Positions 1-9,332 of a stretch of 64,000 nt of DNA are shown piece after piece; within the stretch, counting starts at the first letter, position 1, and every line of letters starts with the position of its first letter. The translations under genes were made by a program, and so were the position numbers. Source of the DNA: Vulcanimicrobiota bacterium (lineage in GTDB: Bacteria > Vulcanimicrobiota > Xenobia > Xenobiales > JADMJV01); NCBI GenBank assembly GCA_050250895.1, contig JBFWNU010000003.1, positions 64,001 to 128,000 of the forward strand. Reading direction: 5' to 3'. The notes below the pieces were generated by a model that saw only the letters and a list, made by a program, of their open reading frames with translations, did not search any database and was not told the origin of the DNA.

Positions 1-691
1 CGGCATCCAGTATCGGGGCTACGGTCAGGAGCGGGTCGAGGAACTGGCCGCCCACGCCGGGGTGCCGGTGTGGAACGGTCTCACCGACCAGTTCCACCCC
101 ACCCAGATTCTGGCCGATTTTCTCACCATGCAAGAGCATAATCCCCGGCCCCTATCCCAGCAGTCGTTGGTTTATCTGGGCGACGGCAACAACAATATGG
201 GCAACTCGCTGATGGTTGGCTCGGCCAAGATGGGCATCGACTTTCGCCTGGCCGCCCCCAAAGGGTGTCAGCCGTCCGACGAGATGATCGCCACTTGCCG
301 CGAGTTGGCCGGTCCCACCGGCGCCAAGATCACGGTCACCGAAGACCCGGCCGAAGCGGTGCGCGGAGTCGACTTTCTCTACACCGATGTCTGGGTATCC
401 ATGGGCCAGCCCGACAGCCTGTGGGATGAGCGCATCCGCCTGCTAAAGCCATATCAGGTCAACCGAGAGCTGATGGCCGCCACCGGCAACTCCCAGGCCA
501 AGTTTCTCCACTGTCTGCCCGCCTTTCACAACCGCGACACCAGTGTTGGGGCCGATGTCTATGACAAGTATGGCCTCGACGGCATGGAGGTGACCGAAGA
601 TGTCTTCGAGAGCCCGGCCTCGATCGTGTGGGACCAGGCCGAGAATCGGCTTCACACCATCAAAGCGGTGATGGTGGCCACCATGGCCTGA
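1..691 (+). CDS. argF: Ornithine carbamoyltransferase, 5'-truncated by the window edge
   Basis: Frame is open from base 2 (GIQYRGYGQ). Contains [29 protein letters not shown] and QAENRLH. Anabolic (argF) versus catabolic (arcB) is not resolvable. Confidence 0.93.
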   Translation, partial: GIQYRGYGQERVEELAAHAGVPVWNGLTDQFHPTQILADFLTMQEHNPRPLSQQSLVYLGDGNNNMGNSLMVGSAKMGIDFRLAAPKGCQPSDEMIATCRELAGPTGAKITVTEDPAEAVRGVDFLYTDVWVSMGQPDSLWDERIRLLKPYQVNRELMAATGNSQAKFLHCLPAFHNRDTSVGADVYDKYGLDGMEVTEDVFESPASIVWDQAENRLHTIKAVMVATMA

Positions 692-1851
692 TGAGTTACC
701 TCGACGGCCAGATGAGGCTGTGGCTGGGTAAGAATCTGGCCCCGCCACCCACCCTGCCCGACCCCCTGGCCCGCCTCTTCCTGCGTGACGAAGAGCGCGA
801 GAGAAGCTATCGCAACGGCTGGCGCGTGTGGGAAGCGCCCTGCTCAGAGAACTATCAACGCGGCCAACTGTGGGTGGCTGAAGTCGACCGCTGGGTGGCC
901 GCCCAGCGCCTGGCCTTAATCGAGTCGGGCCACCGCCTCGAGCCGCTGTGGCCCGAGGGCAAACAATTTGCCATGTGCTTGAGCCATGACATCGACAAGG
1001 TTTCGAACGAGCAGACCTACGAGCAGGTTCTGCGGGTCACCGAACAGCGCACCAAGCCCCGCCTGAAGGTCTGGTTTCGCAACCTGAAAGGCCGCTATCC
1101 CAAAGCGCCCGACCTTAAAGATACCATCGAGGTGGCGCTGGCCGTCGAGACCAGCCACCAGGTGGTTTCGAGCTGGTTCTTCACCACCTATCCCGTCGAG
1201 AAAGCCGAGGAGTTCGACTGCGTCTATGTACCCACCGACCCTTGTCGTTATCAAGGCAAAGAGACCACCATCCAGTCGATGATGGCCGATCTGGCTGCGC
1301 GAGGGCACGATGTCGGCTTGCATGGCAGCTACTGGTCGGCCCGCCAGCCGGGCATGCTCAAGAACCAGCGCCTGGCCCTGGCGCGGGCCACCGGCTTGCC
1401 CATCACCTCGACCCGCCAGCACTGGCTGCACTTCGAACTCACCGTGACGCCCGAACTGCAGGCCGAGGCCGGCATCGAAGTCGACGGCACCTTTGGTTTC
1501 AACCGCCACATCGGCTTTCGGGCCGGCACTTCGATGCCGTTTTTCTGGCCGGGCGAGAAGTTGCTCGAGGTGCCGCTGGTGCTCCAGGACGTGGCTCTGT
1601 TCTCGCCGGCGGCCATGGAACTCGACCTGGAGCACGCCAATCGGGTCAGCCGCCAACTGGTCGACGAGGTCGCCTCGGTGGGAGGATGCGTGGGCGTGCT
1701 ACTGCACCCTGAGCAGTTTCCACTCGTGCCCTGGTTGCGTGAGTGGTATGACACCCTGATCGGCGAAGCTCTGGCCAAAGGCGCCTGGGTCACTTCGCAG
1801 CAGGCCGTCAACGACTGGTGGCGCGAACGGGCCAGGAGGGTCCTTGCCTGA
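691..1851 (+). CDS. Polysaccharide deacetylase family protein
   Basis: Contains LSHDID, VGLHGSY, RQHWL, D-x-TFGF..GFRAGT and LLHP motifs. The ATG overlaps the upstream TGA. Confidence 0.8.
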   Translation: MSYLDGQMRLWLGKNLAPPPTLPDPLARLFLRDEERERSYRNGWRVWEAPCSENYQRGQLWVAEVDRWVAAQRLALIESGHRLEPLWPEGKQFAMCLSHDIDKVSNEQTYEQVLRVTEQRTKPRLKVWFRNLKGRYPKAPDLKDTIEVALAVETSHQVVSSWFFTTYPVEKAEEFDCVYVPTDPCRYQGKETTIQSMMADLAARGHDVGLHGSYWSARQPGMLKNQRLALARATGLPITSTRQHWLHFELTVTPELQAEAGIEVDGTFGFNRHIGFRAGTSMPFFWPGEKLLEVPLVLQDVALFSPAAMELDLEHANRVSRQLVDEVASVGGCVGVLLHPEQFPLVPWLREWYDTLIGEALAKGAWVTSQQAVNDWWRERARRVLA

Positions 1852-2818
1852 ACTGTTACTGCTCAAAGGGCCGCTATCGCCCGAGCATCTGGCCGCGGTG
1901 GCCAACCTCTATGGGGTGACCGACGGCAAATACGGTCAGGTCGAGCACTGCGACCTGCTGTTCAATCGCAGTCCCTTCGGCCCCACCCTGCACGCTTTTG
2001 CCTGCGACGAGGAGAAGTTCGTAGGCCACTACTGCCTGATTCCCTACGACCTGATGGTCGAGGGTCGGCAGGTGAAGGCCGCCAAAGGCGAGGCTTTGCA
2101 TGTCGACTCGGACTATCGTCGCACCGAGTGCGACGGACTGCCCACATCGAGCGCCCTGCTCGGGGGGGCCCAACGTTTGGCCGTGGCCGAGGGGATCGAG
2201 GTGAGCTATGCCATCGTGGCGGCTCCGGGCGTGATCCGGCTGTTCGGCCGTTGCGGCTACGTCCACAGCCCTTTCCAGGTGACCGACCTGATCGTGCCCC
2301 AGAGTCGAGCCCTGCCTCTGCCGCGCTTGATGGCTCTCAGAGCGGTCGAAGCCACGGCTCGCTTTTCGAGTTCGAGTCCCCTGCAAGAGGTCGATTTCGC
2401 GGCCGTACGCCAGCGACTGCCCGCCCGCCAGCCCCAACCCGCGGGTTGGCAGCCGGTCGTGGGTCTCGAGGTTCTGGAATGGTTCGGAGCCGCGCCCTCG
2501 AACCTCTACTTCCAACTAGGAGCCGGCGTGGTGTGGTTGGCCCAGACCCACTCGGACTGGGAGGTGCTCTGCACGCTCACCGCCGACTCGAGCCCGGCCG
2601 AACGAACCCGACTGGCCATCGAACTTCGCCGCGAGGCTACTCGGCGCGGCATCGACCGCATTCGGGTGCCCCGACTCGAGGGCCTCGAGCCCGAGATGCT
2701 GACCGCTTTTGGCCGTCTGGCCCGGCGCGAGGTCGAGCGCGAGGTCTCGCTGGTGGTGAGAAGCGAGCTTACTCTCGGCTCGGCGGCGCCGGTGCCTTTT
2801 CTATGGAGCCATTTCTAA
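1844..2818 (+). CDS. GNAT-family acetyltransferase-like protein
   Basis: FVGHYCLIP and LHVDSDYRR resemble GNAT motif A. Coupled to the deacetylase gene. Confidence 0.6.
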   Translation: MPELLLLKGPLSPEHLAAVANLYGVTDGKYGQVEHCDLLFNRSPFGPTLHAFACDEEKFVGHYCLIPYDLMVEGRQVKAAKGEALHVDSDYRRTECDGLPTSSALLGGAQRLAVAEGIEVSYAIVAAPGVIRLFGRCGYVHSPFQVTDLIVPQSRALPLPRLMALRAVEATARFSSSSPLQEVDFAAVRQRLPARQPQPAGWQPVVGLEVLEWFGAAPSNLYFQLGAGVVWLAQTHSDWEVLCTLTADSSPAERTRLAIELRREATRRGIDRIRVPRLEGLEPEMLTAFGRLARREVEREVSLVVRSELTLGSAAPVPFLWSHF

Positions 2819-3701
2819 AGAACTCGAGAAGGTCGTCGCGCATCTCGAGAGTGAGCTTGTGGTCAACGCCCGGATAAAGCTTGAAGGTGGCCCGGCAGCC
2901 AGCTTCGCGATAGAGCCGCTCGGCCACGGGCCAACGCGCCACCGGAGTGGCGCCGAACAGCTCATCGGCCACCTTTTCGTCTTCTGTATCGTAGCCGTCG
3001 CGAAAGGGGAGCGAGTCATTCTCGTCCTGGTCGCCTAGAAAGAAGAACATCGGCACTCTTCGCACCCTTTCCAACGAGAACGGTTGACCGGTGACATCGA
3101 GCCAGTCGCCCACCCCCAGCGGATAGCGCAGCCGCTGGTCTGCGACCTTTTCGGCCGGCACGATGGGCCAACCGCCGGGTGAGCCGATGGCGGCGGCCGC
3201 CACCCGGTCGGGATGGAGCAGCGTAAAGCGATTGGCGAACATCCCCGAGGCCGAGAACCCCATGATATAGATCTGCTTCTGGATGGGTCGCCCCAGCTGC
3301 AAGTGATCCACCATGGCCAGCAACTGAAGGTCCAGCCGCTCGAGGTCGGGACGCCGGGTCAACAGCGTGTCGCGGTCGAGCGCGTGGGTGTAACAGGTCC
3401 AGTTGCTCTCGGGTCGCGGAAAGACGGGCTCGAGCACTACGCACCCCAGGGGCGCGCCGAAGTGTTTAAGGTCGAAGGGGATATCCTTCACTACTCGCGC
3501 CTCGTGTTGGCTCAGGTCGTCATGGAGCAGGCCGCTGTTATTGGGCACCACGAGCACCTGGACCGGCCCCTCGGGCAGGTTTTCGGGAACGGCGTAGTAG
3601 TAGGGCCAGTGGAAGCCTTTCTCGGGCTCGGCTTCGACCCGCACCGGTTGCTGGGCCAGCACGATCTGGCTCAGCAACAAGGCGAGTAGGACCGTTCTCA
3701 C
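2769..3701 (-). CDS. Exported alpha/beta hydrolase (esterase-like)
   Basis: Sec-like signal peptide, GFSASG nucleophile elbow, GDQD and YPGVDH. Confidence 0.75.
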   Translation of the reverse strand: MRTVLLALLLSQIVLAQQPVRVEAEPEKGFHWPYYYAVPENLPEGPVQVLVVPNNSGLLHDDLSQHEARVVKDIPFDLKHFGAPLGCVVLEPVFPRPESNWTCYTHALDRDTLLTRRPDLERLDLQLLAMVDHLQLGRPIQKQIYIMGFSASGMFANRFTLLHPDRVAAAAIGSPGGWPIVPAEKVADQRLRYPLGVGDWLDVTGQPFSLERVRRVPMFFFLGDQDENDSLPFRDGYDTEDEKVADELFGATPVARWPVAERLYREAGCRATFKLYPGVDHKLTLEMRDDLLEFFRNGSIEKAPAPPSRE

Positions 3702-4099
3702 TGCTGTTCGCGGCGCTGGTCGAGATAGTTGGACAGTCCCAGCGATAGCGCGCCCAAGCCGGCCACGCCTACGGCGGCCCAGGGGCCCCAGTGGGCGCCC
3801 ACGTTGGCCGCCGGCATGCCGATGAAGGCTGCCAGGATCAAAGCTCGTGGATTACTTGTGGTGTAGGCGGCGTAGGCGCCCACGCCCACCGCGCCGACCA
3901 CGCCGGCCACGGGATTGACGGCGCTCAGAGCGGCCGGGATACCGTACAGACCGGCCCCCTGCAGCGCGCTCTTGCCGACCGAGTTCCAGTCGATGCTGGG
4001 CCGGTCGGAAGGGTCCGAGGGCGGGGTCTCGGGAGGTTGGCTCTGGTTGGCGGGACGGGTGAGAATGGCACTGGGAGTTCCGAAGCTGGCGATTTTCAT
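3698..4099 (-). CDS. Hypothetical Gly/Ala-rich membrane protein with MKI start
   Basis: An RBS precedes ATG 4099. P/S/Q-rich N-terminus followed by glycine-zipper-like hydrophobic helices. Confidence 0.65.
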   Translation of the reverse strand: MKIASFGTPSAILTRPANQSQPPETPPSDPSDRPSIDWNSVGKSALQGAGLYGIPAALSAVNPVAGVVGAVGVGAYAAYTTSNPRALILAAFIGMPAANVGAHWGPWAAVGVAGLGALSLGLSNYLDQRREQQ

Positions 4100-4145
4100 G
4101 ATCAATTCCTCGCCTCCAAGCCTAGCCATTCAGCCCGCTGGACGG

Positions 4146-4161
4146 GTTACCGCCCTGTAAA
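4146..4161. promoter_or_regulatory. GTTAC-N6-GTAAA repeat box upstream of the 4099 gene
   Basis: On the minus strand it reads TTTAC-N6-GTAAC-N21-TAGGCT. The same layout occurs at other orphan genes. Confidence 0.5.
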
Positions 4162-4425
4162 CTAGCCGGCGCGGGTGGCTTCGAGAATGATCCGGTCGAG
4201 TTCGCCGCTGATCTCCAGGGCCACCAGGTCGTCATAGCCGCCCACCGCCTGTCCCTCGATGAAGATCTGCGGCACGGTCTTGCGGCCGGTCCGCTCGACC
4301 ACCTCCTCGGCGAGTTCGGGGTCGTGAGTGATGTCGATCTCGTCGTAGTCGAGGTTGCGCGCTTCTAGCAACTCCTTGGCTCGGCGACAGTATCCGCAAT
4401 AGTCCTTGGTGAAAATCTCGATCAT
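4162..4425 (-). CDS. grxC: Glutaredoxin 3
   Basis: CGYC, TVPQIFI and GGYDDL motifs; 87 aa. Confidence 0.92.
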   Translation of the reverse strand: MIEIFTKDYCGYCRRAKELLEARNLDYDEIDITHDPELAEEVVERTGRKTVPQIFIEGQAVGGYDDLVALEISGELDRIILEATRAG

Positions 4426-4509
4426 TTTGCTGCTCCAACTTAGTTTACTGGTCGGTCAAATAATAACCCGGGAGGGCGGATCGAGACGGTGACGCCTGTC
4501 ACCGAAACG

Positions 4510-4893
4510 GGGGAGCGCTCGCATTCGCTCGCGGGAAAAGGAGCTCTCGCTGCGCTCGAGAGAGGGGAGCGGCCCTGCGGGCCGGGAGAGGAGCTCTCGC
4601 TTCGGCCGGGAGAAGGGGCGAACTGAGCTGTCGAAATCTCAGCCGCAGGCTGCTCCTCGTCGACGCGCAGCGTCGAGGTCTCCGCGCGTAGCGCACGGCT
4701 CCTTTTCCCGGCGCAGCCGCTCCCCGTCGGCCGTCAGGCCGAAATCTCAGCCGCAGGCTGCTCCTCGTCGACGCGCAGCGTCGAGGTCTCCGCGCGAAGC
4801 CCACGGCTCCTTCTCCCGGCGCAGCCGCTCCCTGTCGACGCGCAGCGTCGAGAGCTCCGCGCACAGCGCGGCTCCCCGCGGCGCGAAGCGCCC
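4510..4893. repeat. REP-like palindromic repeat cluster
   Basis: A ~92-bp direct repeat at 4632 and 4740 (period 108), a partial third copy near 4834, and many GCGNAGC mini-hairpins. Confidence 0.8.
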
Positions 4894-4895
4894 GG

Positions 4896-5681
4896 CTAGG
4901 CCTGCTGTTGCAGCCAGCCCACCGTCTGGACGTTGTCGACCGAAGACGAGATGTTGAGGTAGTTGCCGTTGGCGTGCTCTTTAGCTTCAAAGGTATTGGT
5001 GACCTTGCCGTTGCGCGACGAGACGGTATAGGTGCCGTCGTCGTTGAGCGACAGACTCGAGGTGCGGTTGAGCTGGGTGCTCTGGCCGGCTTCTAAAGAG
5101 ACCTGCTGGCCATTGACCAGCACCGACCCGTCGGCGTTGACGGTGACCTGGTCCTGGTTGCGACCAAAGCCCGTGCTGACGGTGGCCGAGTCGACCACGG
5201 CCGCGCCGTTGTTGCCCCACGGCACGGTCTCGGTTTCGAGCTTGAAGCCGGCACCGGCATACTGAGTGCGGTTGCCCAGGTCCTGGTTGTCGAAGTTGGC
5301 CGACACCTCTTCGCCGTTGATCGAACCGTTGACGGTGAAGTGGGGATCGCCTTTGATGGTAGCGTCGAAGGACTCTTTTTCGCCCAGGGGTCGCGAGCCG
5401 ACCATTCGGCTCCAGGTGGCGCCGGTCTCGGCATTGGTGGCTCGCACCGCCGCTCCGGCCCGCTGGGGGCCAGCATAGCCGGCTGCCGCCAGAGTGCCGT
5501 GGGGGCCGGTGGCCCGGGCCGCACCGGCCACGCCGTCGATGGTCCCGTCCGAGCCCAGATCCAGGGCCGCGCCTCGGGTGGTCAGTGAGCGCGAGGGCCC
5601 CTCGAGTTTGGCCCCACCCCAGTGGACGGTGTTGCCTGCGGGTCCGGTATAGCTGTGCATTCCTGTGGTCTGGACGTTCAT
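4896..5681 (-). CDS. Hypothetical protein with GDPH (VWD/MIIA-like) domain
   Basis: Contains IKGDPHFTVNG and ETVPWGNNG, is beta-rich, has no Sec signal and has a GGAG RBS. Confidence 0.7.
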   Translation of the reverse strand: MNVQTTGMHSYTGPAGNTVHWGGAKLEGPSRSLTTRGAALDLGSDGTIDGVAGAARATGPHGTLAAAGYAGPQRAGAAVRATNAETGATWSRMVGSRPLGEKESFDATIKGDPHFTVNGSINGEEVSANFDNQDLGNRTQYAGAGFKLETETVPWGNNGAAVVDSATVSTGFGRNQDQVTVNADGSVLVNGQQVSLEAGQSTQLNRTSSLSLNDDGTYTVSSRNGKVTNTFEAKEHANGNYLNISSSVDNVQTVGWLQQQA

Positions 5682-5727
5682 TTCGTTGTGCTCCCTCTGT
5701 GTGCTGAGGCTAGATTAGGCGAGGCCG

Positions 5728-5765
5728 GTGACAGGCGGGCGACAGGCGACTTACAACTCACTGAC
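5728..5765. promoter_or_regulatory. Four in-phase 11-bp-period repeats (GTGAC/GCGAC/CTTAC/CTGAC)
   Basis: Pentamers start at 5728, 5739, 5750 and 5761, between the divergent GDPH and ECF genes. Confidence 0.55.
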
Positions 5766-5795
5766 AGGCGTTACAGAATTTCTTTGGGCCGATGC

Positions 5796-5823
5796 GAACT
5801 TTTTTGAACCGAAGGTGACTCTA
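5796..5823 (+). promoter_or_regulatory. Putative ECF-type autoregulatory promoter
   Basis: GAACTT...GACTCTA lies just upstream of the GGAGG RBS of the ECF sigma gene. Confidence 0.45.
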
Positions 5824-5844
5824 TGGACTATAGGAGGATGCGCC

Positions 5845-6423
5845 TTGTCCGAGACCCTGGCCATCCGCCCGGGAATCCGGGCGATGCAAGCGAAGCAGAC
5901 CACGGTGGATGAGTTAGAAGGGCTGATCGACAGGATTGTGCGGGGTGACGATACCGCCCTCGAGCCCTTCATCGACCACACTCGAGATTACGCCTTCAGG
6001 CTGGCCTATTCGTTTTTGCGCGATAGCCATCGCTGCGAGGATGTGTTGCAGGATGTCTATCTGATCGTCTATCGCCAGCTCGGGCAACTGCGCGACCGCC
6101 AGGCTTTTCGCACCTGGTTCGGACGCATCATCGCCAACCGTTGCCGTCGTCTGTTGCGCGAACAGCCGGCCCAGCCCCTCGAAGAGGCCCCCGAGCCCAG
6201 CAGCGAAGGCCCGGCCCGCCAGGTCGAAGACCGCCTGACGGTGCGCCAGGCCCTGGCCGAACTGGGCGAGCAAGACCGCACCGTTTTGAGCCTGCGCGAG
6301 ATGCTGGCCCTTACCTATGAAGAGATCGCCTCGGTGCTCGAGGTCCCGGTGGGAACGGTGCGTTCTCGCCTGGCCAAGGCCCGCCAACGACTCTACGCCG
6401 TCCTGATGGAGAAGAAAGTATGA
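5845..6423 (+). CDS. ECF RNA polymerase sigma-70 factor
   Basis: EDVLQDVYL, FRTWFGRI and YEEIASVLEVPVGTVRSRL. TTG start after GGAGG; ATG 5884 is an alternative start. Confidence 0.92.
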   Translation: MSETLAIRPGIRAMQAKQTTVDELEGLIDRIVRGDDTALEPFIDHTRDYAFRLAYSFLRDSHRCEDVLQDVYLIVYRQLGQLRDRQAFRTWFGRIIANRCRRLLREQPAQPLEEAPEPSSEGPARQVEDRLTVRQALAELGEQDRTVLSLREMLALTYEEIASVLEVPVGTVRSRLAKARQRLYAVLMEKKV

Positions 6424-9173
6424 ATCGCGAGCAGATCGCAGCCGAAATCATCGAATACCTCGAAGGGCTGGCCGACCCCGCGGCGACCGAGTTGACCGCC
6501 CGGCGCCTCGAGACCGATCCCGTCTACGCCGAGGTGCACGCCGAGTTGCAGGCCATCGACCAGCAGTTGGCCGAGGCTCCCCCCACACCAAGCGCGGGTT
6601 TCACTCGCCGGGTGGCCGCTCATCTGCGCCAGGAGGGACGCTGGCCCTGGTGGACGGCCCTGCGTCGCCTGCTCGAGCACCTGACCATCACCGCGCCCAC
6701 CAGCCACCCGGTCGTGAGTCTGATCGAGTCGCGGGCTGCCCGGGCCCGGCGGCAATTGCCCGGGCCCATCTTGCTGGCCTTGATCTTCGGCTGGCCGGGT
6801 CTGCTGTTCCGTCTTGATGACGAGCTGAGCCAGCTCTCTTTCTTGATGGTGGCCGCCGGCTGTCTGCTGGTGGCCCTTCCCTGGTACTACTTCAAGACCG
6901 ATGTCGACATCTTGCGCAGCCTACGCCAGGGGCGCTGCCTCGAGGACTTGCTCTGCGCCGGGGTCGACGGCCGCGGTATGGTCGACACTTTGGCCGTGCA
7001 CAGCCTGCGTTCCATCGTCAAAGTGGCCGTTCCCTGCCTGTTGATCATGCTACCCTCGGTGCTGGTGCTGCCCGAGCGCTATGCCGCCAAAGGGTTGGTG
7101 TGCGCCCTGGGCTGGCTGCCAGCGGTCATGCTGGCCTTTTATGTCGGCTCGTACGTGACCCAGTTCCAGACGGCCTGGTCGCGCCGGGGCGAATCGGTCT
7201 CGGCGATCCAACTGGGCGTGCTGGTGGCGACTTTGCTACCGGTGCTGGGTCTGGGCTGGGTCAGTGCCTATCTTTTCGGGCTCGAGTTTTATGCCGAGGG
7301 TGCCATGGCCCTGGTTTGCTCGGGGGCTCTCTTGACCCTGGCCAGTCGCTCGCTGGCCATCTGGGGTCTCGAGAACGCCCGCACCATCGACCGCTGGAAC
7401 GAACTCGGGCGCAACGGCGGCTATCGCAACCCCACCCTGGCGGTGGACGACGAGAATCCCATCGTGCTGCGCTATCAGGCTCGCATGGCCGCGGGCACAC
7501 CGGGAGGTTGGCTGGGCCGGGCCGCCGCCGAGACCTGGATCCCCCTGATCGGCCTGGCCTGGTTAGGGGTGAGCCTGCTGGGCCAGAACTATTTCTGGTG
7601 GGGCTTACTGATCGTGTTGGCGGTGGGCTGGTTGCAGGCGGCCCTGACCACCCTGGCGGCCGTGGTCGATGAGCGCGAAGCCAACACGTGGGAGACCCTG
7701 CTACAGACCGGTCTTGACCTCGAGACCTTCAGGACCGGCTGGCTCGAGGTGGCCACCCGAGGCAGCTGGGCCCGCCAACTGCCCGCGGCCGTCACTCCGC
7801 TGGCTCTGGCTGTGTTGCATCCCCACTACCTGGCCGGCGATGGTTCTGAAGTGCTGGCCGGAATGGTCGCCTGGGCAGCCTGCTGGCTGGTCTTGATCGC
7901 TCCCCGCTTCGGCGCCCAGGTTGGCCTGGCCGTGTCGGCAACGGTCGCCGGCCGGCGGGTGGCCGGCAGCCGGCTGGTGGCGGCCGTCTTGTTCGGCTTG
8001 ATCGGCTGGTTGCTGGCCTGGGGCGGGTTGGCCTTCGTGGGTATGCTGACGGCCGAAGCCGGCTTTGTCTATTCGGGTGGTGACAACTGGGAGGCGCTGA
8101 TTCAGCGTGTCTTTCCCTTGCTGAGCCTGGCCCTGGTGGGGTGGTTGGTAGAGCGGCGGGGGCAGCCTGAGTTGGCTGCCTCGGGGTTGCTCGTCCCTGA
8201 GGATGAGACGCGCCCCGGAACCCTCTGGCTGGGTTATCTTCCCACCCTGGCCGCCCTGGCGGTCTGGGCGTGGGTGTTCGCTCGTCCCCTGGCCTGGCGC
8301 CTGGCGGATGATTGGGACTACTCGGCCTGGACGATGGTGCTGGTGGTCTGTTTCTTCCTGGGCTTGCGCTGGTTGGTCAAGCCGCAACTGGCTCTTTATC
8401 GTCACAAGACCTGGAGCTGGCCGGCGCTGGTCTCGCTACCGGTCACCGGAGCGAGCCTGGGCGCGGCGCTAGCCTGCCACGCCGAGTTGAGTGCCTACGC
8501 TCGTTGGTTCGACCTGGGCTTCCTTCACTATGGTCGGGGGGCGCCTCCCGATCTACTCGGCATCCCGGCCGTGACTCTACTCGGTCTGCTGGTCGGAGCG
8601 CTCGCCGCCTTCGTGATGAAACATCGGCAGCCCGAGCTAACGCGAGCGGGTTCGCTGTCTAGCCTGGCGATGATGGCCTGGCTGGGGCTGGCGGCTGTGG
8701 GTATCAACGGGCTGGTGGCACCGACCTGGACCTTCGAACCAGAGCTCGCTCGCGTCGTCAACCAACCCGAAAGTCTCCACGATTGGACTCGAGAGAGCGA
8801 GAGCTATCAGCAGTTGAGCCAGGAATTCGGCGGCAGCTACCTGTTTCCCCAGCTCGAGGTGTGGCTAATTAGTATCGACATCGATCTGGATGCACTCTCC
8901 GACCTGCAATTGGCTCTGCTGGAGCGCACCCTCGAGGATGGAGTGGCCGGCCAGCCAGAGCGGATTCTCGATGCCTTCCGCAACCACGTTCGTAGGCTGC
9001 GCCAGGTCACCGGTGGGGGATTGGCCTTCCGCGTTTTGCTGGTGCGAGAATGGCAGGAGTTTCAGCGGCGTAATCCGCCCGACGCCGTCGAGCGCGAACG
9101 AGTGCTGCTATTGACCATGGAGACCCAGCTCAATCGGGTCCGCGCCGAACAGGCCCGGCGGGGTCATCGGTGA
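6420..9173 (+). CDS. Anti-sigma-like N-terminus fused to a large polytopic membrane domain
   Basis: ATGA overlap with the sigma gene. EYLEG...RLETDP resembles an anti-sigma domain. Many TM helices and an EREANTWETLLQT motif like ABC-2 permeases. Confidence 0.65.
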   Translation: MNREQIAAEIIEYLEGLADPAATELTARRLETDPVYAEVHAELQAIDQQLAEAPPTPSAGFTRRVAAHLRQEGRWPWWTALRRLLEHLTITAPTSHPVVSLIESRAARARRQLPGPILLALIFGWPGLLFRLDDELSQLSFLMVAAGCLLVALPWYYFKTDVDILRSLRQGRCLEDLLCAGVDGRGMVDTLAVHSLRSIVKVAVPCLLIMLPSVLVLPERYAAKGLVCALGWLPAVMLAFYVGSYVTQFQTAWSRRGESVSAIQLGVLVATLLPVLGLGWVSAYLFGLEFYAEGAMALVCSGALLTLASRSLAIWGLENARTIDRWNELGRNGGYRNPTLAVDDENPIVLRYQARMAAGTPGGWLGRAAAETWIPLIGLAWLGVSLLGQNYFWWGLLIVLAVGWLQAALTTLAAVVDEREANTWETLLQTGLDLETFRTGWLEVATRGSWARQLPAAVTPLALAVLHPHYLAGDGSEVLAGMVAWAACWLVLIAPRFGAQVGLAVSATVAGRRVAGSRLVAAVLFGLIGWLLAWGGLAFVGMLTAEAGFVYSGGDNWEALIQRVFPLLSLALVGWLVERRGQPELAASGLLVPEDETRPGTLWLGYLPTLAALAVWAWVFARPLAWRLADDWDYSAWTMVLVVCFFLGLRWLVKPQLALYRHKTWSWPALVSLPVTGASLGAALACHAELSAYARWFDLGFLHYGRGAPPDLLGIPAVTLLGLLVGALAAFVMKHRQPELTRAGSLSSLAMMAWLGLAAVGINGLVAPTWTFEPELARVVNQPESLHDWTRESESYQQLSQEFGGSYLFPQLEVWLISIDIDLDALSDLQLALLERTLEDGVAGQPERILDAFRNHVRRLRQVTGGGLAFRVLLVREWQEFQRRNPPDAVERERVLLLTMETQLNRVRAEQARRGHR

Positions 9174-9181
9174 CGTGAAAG

Positions 9182-9332
9182 AGCTGGCTGGGGCCGTCCA
9201 GGCGAGCGCATCTTTACCTTTGCCTCGCCGCAACGTGGCATAAAAACCGGGGTTGCACCGTGCTCTGCAAAAAGTACTGAGCGATCGAACCACCTAAGGT
9301 CGGTGGCTCCGCCGGGTTAAATCCAGCCAGCT
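9182..9332 (-). ncRNA. Candidate rod-like structured RNA (6S-like)
   Basis: The ends AGCTGGCTGG/CCAGCCAGCT pair perfectly, with nested internal stems and a central asymmetric bubble. G-U pairs favour the minus strand. Confidence 0.4.

Noticed and set aside
4499-4990. 163-aa Arg/Ala-rich ORF
   Set aside because: It is a translation of the palindromic repeat cluster.
9182-9332. SRP RNA, tRNA or tmRNA
   Set aside because: It lacks the SRP GGAA-loop motif, the cloverleaf/T-loop and tmRNA ends.
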